Below are positions 10,696-19,631 of a stretch of DNA of 64,000 nt, one piece after another. The first letter of the stretch is position 1, and every line of letters starts with the position of its first letter. Below the pieces are notes generated by a model. That model did no database searches. It saw only the letters and a program-made list of their open reading frames with translations, and was not told the DNA's origin. The stretch comes from Chlorobiaceae bacterium (GTDB lineage Bacteria; Bacteroidota; Chlorobiia; Chlorobiales; Chlorobiaceae). The stretch is from positions 1 to 64,000 of the forward strand of contig JBAXLG010000005.1 in assembly GCA_037134935.1 (NCBI GenBank), in the 5' to 3' direction. Position numbers and translations under genes: made by a program.

Positions 10696-11234
10696 AAGAA
10701 AGTAATGATGTTCTGGAATCTCAACGATGGAAACCATCCTTATGGAATCGTGTTCTCCTGATTACTACTTTTCTTGTTATTATAGTGCTTGCTGGTGGAG
10801 TTGTTGTGGTTCGATACCTTGGAGAGCGGAAGCTGCATGAGCAGGCTCGGGTTGCAGAGAGCCGTTTTGTTGATATTCAGCGGCAGGATATTGGGCTTTT
10901 TGCTGTTCCGTTAGCTTGGGCAGTGAGAAAGGAACTGATAAAACAGAATTATGACCAGATTGACGAGTATTTTAATCAATTAATTAAAAGAAAAGTGTTT
11001 GGTTTGATCATGCTGGTTGATCCATCAGGTACCATTACCGTTTCGACTGATCGTAAATTTCAGGGTCGTTCTTTTTCCAGTCGCTACCCTGGATTGAAAC
11101 TGAATGCGGCAGGCGCAGTTTCTTATAAGGTGCAGGAAGGCAAAAGCCTTTATCTTATTCCTGTCATGGGTTTGAACGAGAGGATTGGTACTATTGTTTT
11201 TCTTTATAGTTACCGGCAGTTTTTGCCTCAGTGA
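10692..11234 (+). CDS. Hypothetical membrane-anchored protein
   Basis: There is a single N-terminal TM helix (VLLITTFLVIIVLAGGVVVV). It is translationally coupled to ybeY (ATGA overlap). No recognisable domain was found. Confidence 0.45.
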   Translation: MKESNDVLESQRWKPSLWNRVLLITTFLVIIVLAGGVVVVRYLGERKLHEQARVAESRFVDIQRQDIGLFAVPLAWAVRKELIKQNYDQIDEYFNQLIKRKVFGLIMLVDPSGTITVSTDRKFQGRSFSSRYPGLKLNAAGAVSYKVQEGKSLYLIPVMGLNERIGTIVFLYSYRQFLPQ

Positions 11235-11313
11235 TACAATCTATTGAATATATCCGCATCTATTTTCTGTGCGGCCAACTTTTTTCACTCTACGCAAAAG
11301 TGATAAAGGAAGA

Positions 11314-11346
11314 TAAGAAAAACAAAAAGCCTCCACTTTCATGGAG
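11314..11346 (-). terminator. Putative intrinsic terminator downstream of tRNA-Gly
   Basis: On the minus strand a ctcca/tggag stem with a 6-nt loop is followed by gcTTTTTgTTTTTcTT. Confidence 0.4.
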
Positions 11347-11371
11347 ACTTTGATAAGTAGTTTGAATTTTT

Positions 11372-11445
<74 letters not shown>

Positions 11446-11548
11446 TTATTGAGGGATAAATATAAGTATATTTTTTTTTTGTACAACCCGATCACACATT
11501 TTCTTGAGAATCTTTTAGCCGATAAGAGTTGCGATTTGGGAATACATA

Positions 11549-11586
11549 AAAAGCCGTCCTGAGGAGAAACGGCTTTTCATGTTTTG
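11549..11586 (-). terminator. Intrinsic terminator downstream of pstS
   Basis: The hairpin aagccgt(cctgaggagaa)acggctt is followed by a T-rich tract on the minus strand (ctttttatgtatt). Confidence 0.5.
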
Positions 11587-11620
11587 CTATGCACGGAGAG
11601 AAACAAATTGTACTCGACAC

Positions 11621-12439
11621 TCAATGAATGTTGACAAAGCCTGATTCGCTGATCAGGTTTTTACCTTCCGCTGTTTTTGCGAGGTCAATGAACTGCTTGA
11701 CTGCGCCGGTTGGTTGGCCGTTCGTGTACATGAAGAGCGGCCTGTGAATCGGATAGGTGCCGTTTTTAACTGTTTTAACGTCAGGCTCGATACCGTCCAC
11801 AAGGAGTGCCTTGACTGAGTTGTCAACAAAGCCAAGCCCGATAAAGCCAACTGCGGCCGGTGTGGTTGCTACACGGCTTTTGATGGCGCCGTTGCTTGCC
11901 TGGGTCTCAACTCTTTTGGAAATAGGGTTATCTTTGCCCATGACCAGTTCCTTGAAAGAGTCTTGAGTGCCGCTGTTTGATTCACGCTGGATAACGATGA
12001 TTGCTGCATTCGGTCCGCCAACCTGGCTCCAATTGGTGTATTTCCCCATGTAAATACCCCGAATTTGTGCTTTTGTAAGCGCATTGACGCGGTTGCCCGG
12101 ATGCACAACAATAGCAAGACCATCAAGTGCAATGACGTGTTCAACAGGTTTGACTCCTTTGGCTTTTGCTGCCGTAAGCTCATTGTCTTTCATGGCCCGA
12201 GACATGGTTGCAATGTCACAGGTTTTGTTTATCAGGCTTTTTGCTCCGTTTCCGGAACCGGATTCACTTACTATTACCTGTATTCCGGTAGTTTTGGTAA
12301 AGTAGCCGGCAAATGCTTTGGCAATAGGACCGACTGTAGTTGAACCATCAATAACGATTTTACCAGCTGCTTGAGCAGTACCCGAAGCCATTAAGCCAAA
12401 AACGGCACAGCTTAAAACTATCTTTTTAATAAGTTTCAT
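11621..12439 (-). CDS. pstS: Phosphate ABC transporter substrate-binding protein PstS
   Basis: It has a signal peptide and PstS-family motifs (IDGSTTVGPI, SESGSGNGAKSL, DIATMSRAM). Confidence 0.8.
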   Translation of the reverse strand: MKLIKKIVLSCAVFGLMASGTAQAAGKIVIDGSTTVGPIAKAFAGYFTKTTGIQVIVSESGSGNGAKSLINKTCDIATMSRAMKDNELTAAKAKGVKPVEHVIALDGLAIVVHPGNRVNALTKAQIRGIYMGKYTNWSQVGGPNAAIIVIQRESNSGTQDSFKELVMGKDNPISKRVETQASNGAIKSRVATTPAAVGFIGLGFVDNSVKALLVDGIEPDVKTVKNGTYPIHRPLFMYTNGQPTGAVKQFIDLAKTAEGKNLISESGFVNIH

Positions 12440-12502
12440 CTTTTTGTTTGAATTGAGTTGAGTTGATAAAAAAATTCATGATCCTATAATAGTCTGAAAA
12501 TA

Positions 12503-12547
12503 ATGTTACAAGACGGCCCTGCAACAGCAGGGTGCGCCTTGTAACAT
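12503..12547 (-). promoter_or_regulatory. Perfect nested hairpin between the porin gene and pstS (intercistronic attenuator/processing or stabilising stem-loop)
   Basis: atgttacaag-acgg-ccctgc-aaca-gcaggg-tgcgc-cttgtaacat has a 10-bp outer stem and a 6-bp inner stem. Confidence 0.45.
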
Positions 12548-12585
12548 AACTACACAACTAACACGGAAAGAACAAAACACACTTT

Positions 12586-13743
12586 TTAAAATTTGACAAC
12601 AGCATCGACCTGAAGCTGATTAAGTGTTGGATTTCCAGACGGTTTGTCAATATTACTGTAATGGTAGTACCTTGCTCCAATTGTCATGTTTTGGACAAGA
12701 TGGTAGGTTCCGGCAACCTCAAAACCTTTGAGGTTATAAATAGTACCTATTTTTCTGTCAGAGTCGGTGAACAGCGGGAAAACGGAATCAGTTTCAATCC
12801 GGTCATACTTGGCGTCAAGCAACCAAGTTCCTACCTGTTTTGCGTCACCTATCGTCAATCCTGCCAGCCAGGCATTTCTCCGGCTATCATTAATTTTCTG
12901 ATAATCGGTGCTTGAGGCAGTATTGAATGCGTATTGACCATAGATCTTCCACGGAAGGTTTTCTGTTAACTGGCCGCCAACCTTGCCGAAAAGCTCGACG
13001 ATCTTGTAGCCCTTGTTCCACCACGATGCATTACTGACAGGCGCAGATTTATCATTTGTAGATTTGTCGCCATCTAAGCTCAGGTTATTCACGCTTCCAT
13101 AAAGGTTGTACCCGGCACCAAACAGATAGTTGATATCGTTGATTTCACCTTTATAAGCACCCTGACCTACGAAAAGTACCGGATCGGTATACGTCGTTGA
13201 AGACCATGAGTTCAGTAGATAGTATCCGGCAATACCGATAAGTCCGTTTTTTTCTTTGCCGGCCTCATCCTTGCCGAATTGTATGGTTGCTCCTTCAATG
13301 GTAAGATCACCGTCATACACCAAATTATCTACCCTGATAATTGTATTGGTGACATCCCTTTTTCCGGCAATAATATTCACTTGACCATCAAGTCCGTAAG
13401 ACCTCGGATGGTAATCAATAAAAGCCTCGTTGAAATAAATATTTTTTGGCTGGAAAAGACTCCCAGCACTCTGGTTTCGGGATATTGTTTCTTTTGCGAG
13501 ATCGTTACCTGTAGCGAACTGGATGCCAGCAGAAAGTTCATCATTTATCCATGAATAAACGCCAAGGCGGATGCGAGTACGTGAACGGCTTGAACCAATA
13601 GCTGGAGTTGTATCTGTCGTTTTATCTGTACGTTGATATTCCCAGCGTTCGCGGATATCGCCAGTCCAGCTCAAATCTGTAGCTTGTGCATTATTGAATC
13701 CAAGAGCTGCGGCCAGTCCGACCAGCAATGCAATTTTTTTCAT
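12586..13743 (-). CDS. Outer-membrane porin, probably phosphate-selective (OprO/P-like), co-oriented upstream of pstS
   Basis: It has a signal peptide (MKKIALLVGLAAALGFNNAQA). The composition is beta-barrel-like with alternating aromatic/Gly residues, and there is a C-terminal F (…VDAVVKF). The context is adjacent to pstS. Confidence 0.55.
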   Translation of the reverse strand: MKKIALLVGLAAALGFNNAQATDLSWTGDIRERWEYQRTDKTTDTTPAIGSSRSRTRIRLGVYSWINDELSAGIQFATGNDLAKETISRNQSAGSLFQPKNIYFNEAFIDYHPRSYGLDGQVNIIAGKRDVTNTIIRVDNLVYDGDLTIEGATIQFGKDEAGKEKNGLIGIAGYYLLNSWSSTTYTDPVLFVGQGAYKGEINDINYLFGAGYNLYGSVNNLSLDGDKSTNDKSAPVSNASWWNKGYKIVELFGKVGGQLTENLPWKIYGQYAFNTASSTDYQKINDSRRNAWLAGLTIGDAKQVGTWLLDAKYDRIETDSVFPLFTDSDRKIGTIYNLKGFEVAGTYHLVQNMTIGARYYHYSNIDKPSGNPTLNQLQVDAVVKF

Positions 13744-14138
13744 GATGTGTATGGTTGGTTTGCATGATAAGTCCCTAAGTACTTCAAATTTTATTTTGTT
13801 TGCTTTAATTAAAGCTTCGTAAACATACGGTTATTTGTGTTGAGGAATTGTTACGGGAGTGTAACAAGATTGTAAACAAATGTGGGCAGCAGAGAGCAGT
13901 TGGCGGCTTTATAGGTTTTGGAGAGAAGATGTTTCAAAAATATCAATAATGGGATTGATCAATGCCGAAGCTGGAATGAGTTTTTTGAACGGTTCGAAAA
14001 GAGGTGATTTGCAAAGGACGTGCTTTTCTTGGGGGATATTTCAAAGGGAAATTTCTTTTTCCCTTTTATCTGACAGGTAATTGGTTGCTTGCTACAGTAG
14101 ATTTGTACGTGTGGGTATGGTTTGGCTTTTTCAGGAAC

Positions 14139-14903
14139 TTACTTCTGGACTTTTGACGGAAATGATCCGCTGAATGAGTTGATTGCCATGGTTGTCGACA
14201 GTTTGAATCCCTCGCCATACATGACACCGATCTGTTCTCCGAAATATCTTGCACGTGCTTCGAGTCCGGTGAGAAACTCTTTGCGTTTGATCATTGTTTC
14301 AGGTTCTTCTGATGCTCCTTGCCGATAAAATTGTGATTCAAAAGCAAGAACGCCCTGCCTTGAAGCCTCAAATGTTTCTGAAACATTGACGATTATATTT
14401 GGTTCAAGATGCTTGAACTGGATATAGTAAAGTAAGTACTGTGGTCGGTGAGGTTTTTGGGCGATACTGTTCATGGTTGTTACCAGATGCTTCAGACCGG
14501 AATAGTAGACTGCATCGGTGATGAGCTTTGAGGCTTTCATGTGGTCAGGATGGCGTTCGTCTGGGGGATTGGAAAAAATCACGTCAGGCTGGAACTGCCT
14601 GATAATTTTTATGATTTCAACAAGGTTTTCTTCGTTATAAAATAGTTTTGAGTCTCCAAGGTTTAGGGATATGCGGCAATAGTATCCCATCAGTGCAGTG
14701 GCAGTTCTTGCTTCAGTTCTTCTGATTTCAGGGGTTCCCAGTGTTCCCATTTCCCCTCTTGTCAGGTCACACACTGCAACATGATGGCCTTCGTTCATGA
14801 TTTTCAGTAATGTAGCTCCGCATGCCAGTTCCACATCATCGGGATGGGCACCGAATGCCAGTGCATATATCTTTTCTGTTGATCTCTCCAATTGCCTTGT
14901 CAT
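14139..14903 (-). CDS. PIG-L/LmbE-family N-acetylglucosaminyl deacetylase (BshB-like)
   Basis: AFGAHPDDVELACGAT...HPDH is the PIG-L zinc-binding signature (HPDDxE). Confidence 0.75.
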   Translation of the reverse strand: MTRQLERSTEKIYALAFGAHPDDVELACGATLLKIMNEGHHVAVCDLTRGEMGTLGTPEIRRTEARTATALMGYYCRISLNLGDSKLFYNEENLVEIIKIIRQFQPDVIFSNPPDERHPDHMKASKLITDAVYYSGLKHLVTTMNSIAQKPHRPQYLLYYIQFKHLEPNIIVNVSETFEASRQGVLAFESQFYRQGASEEPETMIKRKEFLTGLEARARYFGEQIGVMYGEGFKLSTTMAINSFSGSFPSKVQK

Positions 14904-14962
14904 TAATTTTGTACTTATATTTATTATAAATTAATGCTTTGATAACAAATCATTTCTGACCA

Positions 14963-15409
14963 ATGATACAAGTAAAGATTGTTCGACTTAACAAACAAGC
15001 GGTTCTTCCTGTTTATGCAACGGCACATGCTGCAGGAATGGATATTTCTGCTTGCATAGAAGAGCCTGTCTCGGTCGAACCGTTTACAACAGCATTGATT
15101 CCTTCAGGATTTGCTATTGAGTTGCCGGAAGGTTATGAAGCACAGCTTCGTCCCCGGAGTGGTTTAGCATTACGTTCTATGATATCACTGCCAAATACGC
15201 CGGCAACCATTGATGCCGATTATCGTGGTGAGGTAAAAGTGATTCTTATTAACTATGGACAGGTGCCTTTTACCGTACGAAATGGTGACCGTATAGCACA
15301 GATGGTAGTGGCAAAGGTTGAAAAAGTTTGTTTTGAAGAGGTCGAAGAACTTGTAACGACAACGCGCGGAGATGGTGGTTTTGGCCACACAGGCATTGGA
15401 CGTCGGTGA
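14963..15409 (+). CDS. dut: dUTP diphosphatase
   Basis: The protein is 148 aa with dUTPase motifs ([28 protein letters not shown]). Confidence 0.9.
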   Translation: MIQVKIVRLNKQAVLPVYATAHAAGMDISACIEEPVSVEPFTTALIPSGFAIELPEGYEAQLRPRSGLALRSMISLPNTPATIDADYRGEVKVILINYGQVPFTVRNGDRIAQMVVAKVEKVCFEEVEELVTTTRGDGGFGHTGIGRR

Positions 15410-15448
15410 GAAAATGGCTCAATGATTTTTATTGATACGGCAACTATA

Positions 15449-16500
15449 GTTCACAATATATTATATTGTGAACATGGAAAAAATCGATATAAGAACAGTA
15501 TCAGACAGAGAACGGGCACTGTTGCGGCAACAGGTCATAAGACTGCGTAAAAAAGGTCGAAAGAACCTGGAGGTGGCAGAGGTTCTTGGTTTATCTCATG
15601 AAACAACCAGCCGATGGTGGCAACGATATTTGAGTGAAGGCAGCAAGATGCTTTCTCTTTCTGTTCCGAAGCGAGGTCGCAAAACAGGCGATAAAAGAAC
15701 GTTGAGTTCAGAACAGGAAAAGGCTGTCAAGGAAATGATCGTTGATCATTATCCAGACCAACTTACACTTCAGTTTGCCCTTTGGCATCGTCAGGCAGTC
15801 CTGATGTTGATCCACCAGAAATTCGGCATCAACATGCCGATCCGAACTGTTGGAGCATACCTCTCTCGTTGGGGCTATACTCCGCAAAAGCCGGTTCACA
15901 AGGCATATGAGCAGCGTCCAGCCGAAGTAGAACGCTGGATGAATAATGCATATCCTGAGATAAAAGCCAAAGCCAAATCGGAGCATGCTGAAATCTACTG
16001 GGGTGATGAGACCGGTATTGCAACGAATGGAAATCTTGTACGGGGTTATGCGCCTGATGGTAAAACTCCTGTACTGCGCCTGAATGCTCGTAAGGAACAT
16101 ATCAGCATGATTTCAGCGATAAGCAATCAAGGCCAGTTGCGGTTTATGCTTTACGAAAATGCCATGAACGGAAGTCGTTTGATCGAGTTCATGAAACGAC
16201 TTGTCAAGGATGTTGGTCATAAGGTTATCCTGATCCTTGATAATCTGCGAGTGCATCATTGCAAACCAGTCAAGGAATGGCTCGGAATGAACACCGATAC
16301 GATAGAAGTATTCTATCTACCAGCATATTCGCCAGAACTAAATCCTGACGAATATCTGAACAGCGATTTGAAAAGCGCCGTCCATGACAATAAGGGTGGC
16401 ATCTCTCGAACCAAAGGACAGATTCGGAAATAGACGGTTTCACATTTAAAGCATCTGCAAAAAACGCCAAAAAAAGTAACGGGTCTATTTAATCATCCTG
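15449..16500 (+). mobile_element. IS630/Tc1-mariner-family insertion sequence (boundaries uncertain)
   Basis: The transposase ORF is intact, with a low-complexity AT-rich flank. A 12-bp-arm palindrome directly abuts the start codon. Terminal inverted repeats and a TA duplication could not be defined with confidence. Confidence 0.5.
15474..16433 (+). CDS. IS630-family transposase (DDE, HTH N-terminus)
   Basis: The N-terminal HTH (LRKKGRKNLEVAEVLGLSHETTSRWWQRY) is followed by a DDE/D region (IYWGDETG...; ILDNLRVHH; LPAYSPELNPDEYL) typical of IS630/ISL3-Tc1. The start is the ATG at 15474. The track start at 15468 is GTG. Confidence 0.85.
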   Translation: MEKIDIRTVSDRERALLRQQVIRLRKKGRKNLEVAEVLGLSHETTSRWWQRYLSEGSKMLSLSVPKRGRKTGDKRTLSSEQEKAVKEMIVDHYPDQLTLQFALWHRQAVLMLIHQKFGINMPIRTVGAYLSRWGYTPQKPVHKAYEQRPAEVERWMNNAYPEIKAKAKSEHAEIYWGDETGIATNGNLVRGYAPDGKTPVLRLNARKEHISMISAISNQGQLRFMLYENAMNGSRLIEFMKRLVKDVGHKVILILDNLRVHHCKPVKEWLGMNTDTIEVFYLPAYSPELNPDEYLNSDLKSAVHDNKGGISRTKGQIRK

Positions 16501-16619
16501 AGGTTCGGTATGCAAAAGATTGATACTTTTAATTGCCGGAGCAATAACAAGGGCTCAAGGTCAAGCGTATCTTTATCTCTTCTATTTTAGAAAAGTTAAC
16601 GTAATAATAGGAGCTTTAT

Positions 16620-17627
16620 ATGGTGTTATGGGGTTCAATTACAGGGCAATTACGGTCAGTCATTGAATGGAAAAATCCTTCTCTTGATATTCTTTTTCAA
16701 CGATGGACAGATAATGGAGATGAGATCAAAAATGCGTCGAAACTTATTGTGGGTCCAGGTCAAGGTGCGATCTTTGTTTATGAAGGTAAGCCGCAAGCTG
16801 TTATTACCGAACCAGGCATAACAGACTTGAAAACACAAAACATTCCGTTCTGGACTACGATCACAAAATTCATGCAGGCTTTCAAAAGTGAGCACAAGGT
16901 TGGAATCTATTTTTTTCGGACAGCTGAAATTCTGAACCAGGGGTGGGGTACACCTGGTCCGGTGAAATATATTGATCCGCAGTACAAGTTTCCTGTTGGC
17001 CTGAAAGGTTTTGGAAATTTTTCTTTCCGTATTTTAGATGCGGGTAGTTTCTTTATTAATGTTATGGGGCAGAAGGATGAGTTCACTGTTGATGAACTCC
17101 GTCTTGTCATTGTGGCAAGGATTATTCAGCCACTTACAGATTTTCTTGCTGAATCAAAGTTTGGATATAATGAAATTGATGCCAACAGAAACGAAATTGC
17201 TGAGGGGGTGCGTAATAAGGTATCTCCGATCTTCTTGACCCTTGGTTTCGAGCTTAAGGATTTTCGTGTCGAAAATACTGATTTTGATGATGATACGAAG
17301 CGTCGCGTGGCACGTATTGCGGATATGCAGGCTGAGGCACAGGCAGCCCAAGCTGTGGGGTTGAGTTTTACTCAAGTCCAACAGTTAGAAGCTCTTAGAG
17401 ATGCAGCCCAGAACCAGGGAGGAGTGGCTGGAATGGGAGTGGGTCTTGGTGCAGGTGTGGGAATGGGCCAAGCAATGGCTGGCGTGATGGGTAATATGAA
17501 TACACAGCAACCATCGGCTGAAGATCCTGTGGCTAAGCTTGCCAAATTGAAACAGATGCTTGACAACGACCTCATCAACCAAGAAGAATACGATACGAAA
17601 AAACGGCAGATTCTTGCGCAACTGTAA
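16620..17627 (+). CDS. SPFH (band-7)-like domain protein with C-terminal SHOCT domain (YdjI-like)
   Basis: The central region resembles SPFH/virion-core family proteins. There is a Gly/Ala/Met-rich linker. The C-terminus KLAKLKQMLDNDLINQEEYDTKKRQILAQL is a SHOCT motif. A good SD (AGGAG) lies 6 nt upstream. Confidence 0.6.
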   Translation: MVLWGSITGQLRSVIEWKNPSLDILFQRWTDNGDEIKNASKLIVGPGQGAIFVYEGKPQAVITEPGITDLKTQNIPFWTTITKFMQAFKSEHKVGIYFFRTAEILNQGWGTPGPVKYIDPQYKFPVGLKGFGNFSFRILDAGSFFINVMGQKDEFTVDELRLVIVARIIQPLTDFLAESKFGYNEIDANRNEIAEGVRNKVSPIFLTLGFELKDFRVENTDFDDDTKRRVARIADMQAEAQAAQAVGLSFTQVQQLEALRDAAQNQGGVAGMGVGLGAGVGMGQAMAGVMGNMNTQQPSAEDPVAKLAKLKQMLDNDLINQEEYDTKKRQILAQL

Positions 17628-17677
17628 TTGATATCATGCGATTCGCATTTCCAGAATGTAACTATCAGGAGTCACCC

Positions 17678-19570
17678 ATGCGATCCCTTTGCTGTTTCAA
17701 GTTTCTTTTTATTGTCATCGTTACCTTTTTTGGTATCACATTCTTCTATGAGGAGCTTATTGCGCGGGGTGGAGGCGGTGGAGGTCATAGTGGTGGTGGT
17801 GGTCATAGTAGTGGTGGTGGTCATAGTGGTGGTGGTGGTCATAGTGGTGGTGGTGGTCATAGTGGTGGTGGGTTTTCTGGAGGGGGACATTCCAGTGGTA
17901 GAGGGGTTTGGAGCCCTGAGATTATAGCTCTTATTGTTATTGTGTACGTCATTGTGTATGTGGTATACAAAGTATACGGACTTGATTTATCTTCCAAGGA
18001 AGCTTGGATTACGTTGTACTCCAAGATGACCAGCCATGAGAAAAAGTCTTTTGAAAAAGTCGATGGATATCCTGAATTTTTTGCAACAAATCCTCACTTT
18101 GATTTATCCGAATTCTTGTTGAAAGTTCGCAAGGCCTTCATTGAAGTTCAAACATCCTGGTCTGAAAAAAATATGAATCGCATGCGCAGGTTCATTACGG
18201 ATGGTGTATATCAGCGGTTCAATACTCAGTTCAAGATGATGGAGCTTCTTCAGCAGACTAATCCTATAAGCGATATCAAAATTGCAGATATCTGGGTTGA
18301 CAAAATTGAACAGGACGGTATGTATGACATCATTCAGGTTGGAATTGAAGCCAGCATGGACGACAAGTTCGAATGTGCGCTGAACCATGAGCTGGACGAG
18401 GAAGGTTTTGACGATTTTGTCGAGTTCTGGTCTTTCATCCGCAAGCGCGGTGTATCGAAAAAAGATCTCTATGATTCAGTCAAATGTCCGAATTGTGGAG
18501 CGCCCTTGCCAGAGAATATGGGCGAGGTATGCAAATGTACACATTGTAATACAATTGTCAACTCTGGGGAATTCGACTGGGTACTGTCCGAAATTACCCA
18601 AAAGGATGACTACCATAGAAATGATATTTTTTCAGAAAAGTTTGGCAATCTGGAAACAAAGGTACATGAAATGGTTTCGGTTTATGGAGATTTTTCTGTT
18701 CAACTTGCTGAGGACAAGGCTTCAAACGCATACATGCAGATTATGACTGCTCATGCCATGCATGATCCTAAGATTATGCGCAGGTTCGTTTTAGATGAAT
18801 TATTTCAGAAGCTTGCTCCAAAGGTCGAAAGGAATCAGGAGATTTTCAATCGTATTTTTCTTAACAACGTGACTCTCATTGGGGCACAAAAGAATGAAAA
18901 TAAAAATATCCTCATCTTTGCACTCATCTGCTCAATCCAGAGAGCGTTGGTTACAAATAATAGGGTGGAGTTGGTCGACCCGGAAATTATGACTCAGGAA
19001 GAAGTGATTTTTTTGACCAGAGATGCACGGGCTGGGGCTGGAAAGGGTTCAATCTATCAGCATAATTGTGCAACTTGTGGTGGTCCTGTCAAGAACACGC
19101 TTGATATTAGGTGTTCGTTCTGCGGAAGTTTGCTCAATAGTACAGAGAATGATTGGGTTGTTAGCGCATTGATGAGCCGCTCAGAATTCGCTGAGTATTA
19201 TAGTGCGAATCAGGGAGCTTTCACTGCAAAAGTCGATCCTGTTGTGTTGGATAAACTTTATCGTGTTAAAGATTATGCTCTTAATAATATCATGATCGTT
19301 TTGGCGGCTGATGGAGCACTTGATGACGAGGAAAGAATTTTTCTGATTGAAGCCGCGAACAAATGGGGATTCAAGACTGCCGATGTAGAGCCTCTGTTCA
19401 AGATGGCAGCAAGCGGAAGGCTTTCGATCAGAATGCCTGAAGATCAGAATATGCGAAACAGTATCTACAAGCTGATGGAGAAGGCTGCAAGTGCTGACGA
19501 AAACATTACCCAGCAGGAGCAAATGATTTTGGATTGGGTCAAAGTAAGTTATATCGACAAAACAGCCTAA
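17678..19570 (+). CDS. Two-pass membrane protein with (GGGGHS)n loop, two CxxC…CxxC zinc ribbons and C-terminal TerB-like domain (YdjG-like)
   Basis: TM1 is FLFIVIVTFFGITFF, followed by the repeat loop, and TM2 is IIALIVIVYVIVYVVY. Zinc ribbons are CPNCGAPL…CKCTHC and CATCGGPV…CSFCGSL. The C-terminus LAADGALDDEERIFLIEAANKWG is TerB-like. An SD (AGGAG) lies 7 nt upstream of ATG 17678. Confidence 0.6.
   Translation: MRSLCCFKFLFIVIVTFFGITFFYEELIARGGGGGGHSGGGGHSSGGGHSGGGGHSGGGGHSGGGFSGGGHSSGRGVWSPEIIALIVIVYVIVYVVYKVYGLDLSSKEAWITLYSKMTSHEKKSFEKVDGYPEFFATNPHFDLSEFLLKVRKAFIEVQTSWSEKNMNRMRRFITDGVYQRFNTQFKMMELLQQTNPISDIKIADIWVDKIEQDGMYDIIQVGIEASMDDKFECALNHELDEEGFDDFVEFWSFIRKRGVSKKDLYDSVKCPNCGAPLPENMGEVCKCTHCNTIVNSGEFDWVLSEITQKDDYHRNDIFSEKFGNLETKVHEMVSVYGDFSVQLAEDKASNAYMQIMTAHAMHDPKIMRRFVLDELFQKLAPKVERNQEIFNRIFLNNVTLIGAQKNENKNILIFALICSIQRALVTNNRVELVDPEIMTQEEVIFLTRDARAGAGKGSIYQHNCATCGGPVKNTLDIRCSFCGSLLNSTENDWVVSALMSRSEFAEYYSANQGAFTAKVDPVVLDKLYRVKDYALNNIMIVLAADGALDDEERIFLIEAANKWGFKTADVEPLFKMAASGRLSIRMPEDQNMRNSIYKLMEKAASADENITQQEQMILDWVKVSYIDKTA
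17768..17900 (+). repeat. Tandem 18-bp repeat (ggtggtggtggtcatagt)x~6 encoding (GGGGHS)n
   Basis: The repeat is read directly from the sequence. It has near-perfect copies with degenerate first and last units. Confidence 0.85.
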
Positions 19571-19631
19571 ATTGGGCAAATTGCGAAGATTTTTTTCTCA
19601 CATTGATAGTGTATCTAATTCTATTTTGTGA

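Noticed and set aside
15430-16520. Candidate IS630 terminal repeats based on a shared 'attgatac' 8-mer on both flanks
   Set aside because: The match is direct rather than inverted, and is too short to separate from chance in AT-rich DNA.
17672-17890. Minus-strand ORF encoding a Thr-rich MTTTTT repeat protein
   Set aside because: It is the antisense reading of the (GGGGHS)n tandem repeat inside a well-supported plus-strand membrane protein gene. It is a repeat-generated shadow ORF.
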